The notes below the pieces were generated by a model that was given only the letters and a program-made list of their open reading frames with translations, ran no database searches and was not told the DNA's origin. A program made the translations under genes and the position numbers. Below are positions 60,994 to 64,000 of a DNA stretch of 64,000 nt, piece after piece. Source of the stretch: an uncultured Actinomycetota bacterium (GTDB taxonomy: Bacteria; Actinomycetota; Actinomycetes; Prado026); the NCBI GenBank assembly GCA_963849365.1, contig CAWKHA010000004.1:1570051-1634050 (forward strand). Direction: 5' to 3'. Within the stretch, counting starts at the first letter, position 1. Each line of letters begins with the position of its first letter.

Positions 60994-63226
60994 GTTGGCG
61001 CCGGCTGATCCCGCGCCGATGCCCGGATCGGACATCCTGCTGTCCGTCCGCGACCTGGCGACGCACTTCCAGACCCCCGAAGGCATCGTCAGGGCCGTCG
61101 ACGGCGTGTCGTTCGACATCCCGACCGGCAAGGTCGTTGGTCTGGTCGGCGAGACGGGCTGCGGCAAGAGCGTCGCGGCCCGCTCACTCCTGCGGATCGT
61201 GGAGCAGCCCGGGAAGATCGTCGGCGGCCAGATCCTGCTGCGACAGGACGACCAGTGGTGCGACCTCGTCGAGCTCGACCCGTTCGGCGACGAGATACGG
61301 CGGGTACGAGGTGGCGAGATCGGCCTGGTGTTCCAGGAGCCGGGGACCTCCTTCAGCCCAGTGCACACCATCGGCAACCAGCTGCTCGAGGCCGTGCAGC
61401 TGCACTCCGACCTGTCCGGCGATGCCGCCCGCCAGCGTGGCGTCGAGCTGCTCACCATGGTCGGGGTGCCCCGACCAGACGGGTACCTCGACTCGTACTC
61501 CTGGCAGATGTCCGGCGGCCTGCGGCAGCGCGCGATGATCGCCATGGCGCTGGCCGGGACGCCGCGCCTGCTCATCGCGGACGAACCGACCACCGCCCTG
61601 GACGTGATCACCCAGGCGCAGATCCTGCGCACCATGCGCGACCTGCAGAAGAGCGCCGGCCTCAGCCTGCTGATGATCACGCATGACCTCGGCGTGATCG
61701 CCCAGATGGCGGACGAGGTCGTCGTGATGTACCTGGGCCGGGCGGTCGAGCGCGGACCGGTCGACCAGATCTTCCACGACCCGCACCACCCCTACACCAA
61801 AGCCCTGCTGCAATCGGTGCCCAGTGCCCAGCGTGGCAAACGTTCGCGGTTGACGACCATCTCCGGAACGGTGCCGCACCCGCTGCACCGGCCGGATGGG
61901 TGCGCGTTCCATCCGCGGTGCCAGTCGCGGATCGGGGAGATCTGCGAGAACTCCCAGCCCAGCGTGCACACCCTCGGTCAGCGCCAGGAGTACGAGTGTC
62001 ACCTGGTCGAGCAGTCGGCGGACACGGCGCAGCTGGGGAGTGCTGCGACCGCCGTGGCGCTGGCCGCGCCGCCCGTGGATTCGGCCGCCGGGAGGGTCCT
62101 CCTGACGATCGAGCCGGTCGAACCGGCTCCGAGGGCTTCGGCTCAGCTTGCACCTGACCCGAAGCTGCCGGTGCTCGAGGTGGTCGAGCTGTACAAGACC
62201 TTCACCATCCAAGGGCGCTCGCTGGGCCGCGCCAAGGGCCGTATCCAAGCCGTCCAGGACGTGACCTTCTCACTGGCGCCGGGGGAGACCTTGGCACTGG
62301 TCGGTGAGAGCGGCTCGGGCAAGACCACGACGGCGCGTTGCGTGATGCGCGACCACACCCCCGACGGCGGGCAGATCATCTTCCGCCCCAACGACTCGGT
62401 CGAGGTGGATCTTGCGAAGCTGGGCAAGAGGCAGCTGCGTTCGGTCCGGCGCGACCTCCAGATGGTGTTCCAGGATCCGTACTCCTCGCTCAACCCCCGC
62501 ATGACGGTGGTCGAGATCATCAGCGAGCCGCTTCTCGTCAACCACGTCGGTGACAAGCGGTCGCGCAAGGAACGGGTCGGCGAGCTGCTCGACCTGGTGG
62601 GGCTGCGCCGGGAGTACATGCACCGGTATCCGCATGCCTTCAGCGGCGGTCAACGGCAACGGATCGGCATCGCACGAGCACTGGCGATGAACCCCCGGCT
62701 GGTCGTGGCGGACGAGCCGGTCTCCGCTCTTGACGTGTCGGTTCAGGCACAGACCCTCAACCTTCTCCTCGACCTGCAGACTCGGCTGGGGCTCACGTAC
62801 CTGTTCGTGTCGCACGATCTGAGCGTCGTGCGCCACATCAGTGATCGGATCGCGGTCATGTACGCCGGTCAGATCGTCGAGATGGGTGAGCGAGACCAGG
62901 TGCTCATGACGCCACGGCATCCCTACACCTCAGCGCTGCTGGGTGCCGTGCTCAGGCCCGATCCCCGGCAGCGCGCCACGCTCGATCCGCCGCCCGGGAG
63001 CGTGGCCAACCTGGCGGACCTGCCCACCGGCTGCTACTTCCACCCGCGCTGCCCGTTCGCGATCGACAAGTGCAGGACCCAAGCCCCGGCGCTCGAGGCC
63101 ACCCCCGACGGCCACCAGGCCCGATGCCACCGGGCGTCCGAGCTGCGGCTTCCGGGCATGGACGATGCGCAGGCGCAACCACCGGGTGGCCCGGCGCACC
63201 CCCAGGCCAACGGGTCATTGACATGA
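60968..63226 (+). CDS. fused double ATPase of peptide/opine-type ABC importer (DppD-DppF fusion)
   Basis: Two Walker A motifs (GETGCGKS, GESGSGKT) and two signature motifs (MSGGLRQR, FSGGQRQR) in one 752-aa ORF. Confidence 0.85.
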   Translation: MPLTRTETELAPADPAPMPGSDILLSVRDLATHFQTPEGIVRAVDGVSFDIPTGKVVGLVGETGCGKSVAARSLLRIVEQPGKIVGGQILLRQDDQWCDLVELDPFGDEIRRVRGGEIGLVFQEPGTSFSPVHTIGNQLLEAVQLHSDLSGDAARQRGVELLTMVGVPRPDGYLDSYSWQMSGGLRQRAMIAMALAGTPRLLIADEPTTALDVITQAQILRTMRDLQKSAGLSLLMITHDLGVIAQMADEVVVMYLGRAVERGPVDQIFHDPHHPYTKALLQSVPSAQRGKRSRLTTISGTVPHPLHRPDGCAFHPRCQSRIGEICENSQPSVHTLGQRQEYECHLVEQSADTAQLGSAATAVALAAPPVDSAAGRVLLTIEPVEPAPRASAQLAPDPKLPVLEVVELYKTFTIQGRSLGRAKGRIQAVQDVTFSLAPGETLALVGESGSGKTTTARCVMRDHTPDGGQIIFRPNDSVEVDLAKLGKRQLRSVRRDLQMVFQDPYSSLNPRMTVVEIISEPLLVNHVGDKRSRKERVGELLDLVGLRREYMHRYPHAFSGGQRQRIGIARALAMNPRLVVADEPVSALDVSVQAQTLNLLLDLQTRLGLTYLFVSHDLSVVRHISDRIAVMYAGQIVEMGERDQVLMTPRHPYTSALLGAVLRPDPRQRATLDPPPGSVANLADLPTGCYFHPRCPFAIDKCRTQAPALEATPDGHQARCHRASELRLPGMDDAQAQPPGGPAHPQANGSLT

Positions 63227-63272
63227 GATGTATCGGTTATTACTATCGCCTAGCAATATCGGGGGTCGAGTT
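63218..63272 (+). promoter_or_regulatory. sigma70-like promoter with three tandem RTATCG-N5-CGATAY boxes, solute-binding-protein gene
   Basis: TTGACA (63218-23), 17 nt, TACTAT (63241-46). Boxes are GTATCG gttat TACTAT (63230), CTATCG cctag CAATAT (63243) and ATATCG ggggt CGAGTT (63256), in 13-bp register. Confidence 0.6.
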
Positions 63273-63390
63273 TTCCTAGATCCGTGCATGGCAGTGGGTC
63301 GCCGGAGACGCACGGCTCCGGGTCAGACACATGATCGTGAAGGTGACCGGCCGAAAGCCGGGACCTGTCAGACCTCGGAGTGTGAACCAG

Positions 63391-64000
63391 ATGGCGTTCG
63401 ACATCTCCCGCAGGCAGTTGCTAGGCAACGCCGTGCTCCTGGGCGGCGCGACGGCCCTTCTGGGCGCGTGCACGAGCAAGGGCGGAGCCTCGCCGTCCTC
63501 CACCTCGGTCGCGGGGACGTCGATCGAGGGCTACGACGTCATCAGTGACCGGTCGAAGTTCCCCACGACGTTCCACGAGCGGCCGGAGTTCGCCGCTCAG
63601 GTCGCCGCCGGCAAGCTCCCCCCGGTCGATCAACGGATCGGCCAGGACCCACTGGTCATCAGGGCGCAGAGCGTCGGCAAGTACGGTGGCCAGATCCGGA
63701 TGGGGATGGTCTCCAACGACTCTGACAACGCCGACATCCTGGCCGGCCCGGACAGCCTGCTCTTCTTCGACCACACCGGAAAGACCATCATCCCCAACAT
63801 CGCGCTCGGCTACGAGCTGAGCGGCGACTTCAAGCAGCTGACGCTGCACCTGCGTAACGGCATGAAGTGGTCCGACGGTCATCCGTTCACCGCGGACGAC
63901 CTGGTCTTCTGGCGCAACGACGTCAACCTCGACGACGACATCGGGTACCAGTCGGGCGCACTGACCATCGGCGGCGAGAACGTCACGATGGAGAAGGTCG
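63391..64000 (+). CDS. ABC importer family-5 solute-binding lipoprotein (partial, continues past the window)
   Basis: MAFDISRRQLLGNAVLLGGATALLGAC Tat/lipobox-like signal, then GGQIRMGM...LTLHLRNGMKWSDGHPFTADDLVFW typical of peptide/opine-binding proteins. Not in the ORF track because it has no stop in the window. Confidence 0.8.
   Translation, partial: MAFDISRRQLLGNAVLLGGATALLGACTSKGGASPSSTSVAGTSIEGYDVISDRSKFPTTFHERPEFAAQVAAGKLPPVDQRIGQDPLVIRAQSVGKYGGQIRMGMVSNDSDNADILAGPDSLLFFDHTGKTIIPNIALGYELSGDFKQLTLHLRNGMKWSDGHPFTADDLVFWRNDVNLDDDIGYQSGALTIGGENVTMEKV

Noticed and set aside
876-63272. Could the recurring AT-rich repeats be a CRISPR array or REP/MITE elements?
   Set aside because: The copies are 17-bp inverted repeats at irregular multi-kb spacing, each inside a promoter region, with variable spacers and no flanking target duplications. 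I saw no cas genes and no regular repeat-spacer structure.
1-64000. Phage-defence, toxin-antitoxin, secretion or biosynthetic (PKS/NRPS/RiPP) systems
   Set aside because: I recognised no nucleases, helicases, ATPase-nuclease pairs, TA-sized gene pairs, condensation or ketosynthase domains, or precursor-peptide-like genes. The content is overwhelmingly small-molecule catabolic enzymes and transporters.

Overview
This is a high-GC (roughly 70% by eye) actinobacterial-type chromosomal or megaplasmid segment with about 60 protein-coding genes. I saw no rRNA, tRNA, CRISPR or intact mobile element. All family calls come from motif recognition by eye, without database searches.

Content: a dense catabolic supercluster for amino-acid-like, imino-acid, guanidino and N-methyl compounds.
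- Redox and flavin enzymes: four DAO-type FAD oxidoreductases, a Rieske oxygenase, a ferredoxin and ferredoxin reductase, a cytoplasmic molybdoenzyme, a Glu/Leu-type dehydrogenase, two D-2-hydroxyacid dehydrogenases and two MDR reductases.
- PLP and related enzymes: a class IV aminotransferase, a threonine-dehydratase-like enzyme with RidA, and an ornithine-cyclodeaminase-like enzyme.
- Guanidino and TPP enzymes: an agmatinase-family hydrolase and two TPP enzymes.
- DAP-pathway look-alikes: DapA-, DapB-, DapD- and DapE-like proteins.
- Acyl-CoA end: an aldehyde dehydrogenase, a 2-oxoacid dehydrogenase E1ab/E2 set, two acyl-CoA dehydrogenases and an enoyl-CoA hydratase.
- Transport: three MFS transporters, ChrA and a peptide/opine-type ABC importer.

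Three things stand out.
1. Almost every transcription unit is preceded by the same AT-rich 17-bp inverted repeat, RTATCG-N5-CGATAY. Abutting boxes share the junction CGATATCG. I found it at about 29 intergenic loci, often as tandem boxes in 13-bp register and overlapping core promoters. Many of those promoters serve apparently leaderless genes. This suggests one regulon spanning about 60 kb.
2. The island is built from repeated paralogous modules. These are three Asp/Glu-racemase-like proteins, three CCG-motif Fe-S-like proteins, three SnoaL-like proteins, two 2-hydroxyacid dehydrogenases plus a remnant, and four FAD oxidoreductases plus a remnant. The CCG/SnoaL association has no function I recognise.
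3. There is visible gene decay: two frameshifted genes, several gene stumps, and a collapsed module copy with about 94% nucleotide identity to its parent. An IS630 fragment and a deaminase stump lie at the left edge.
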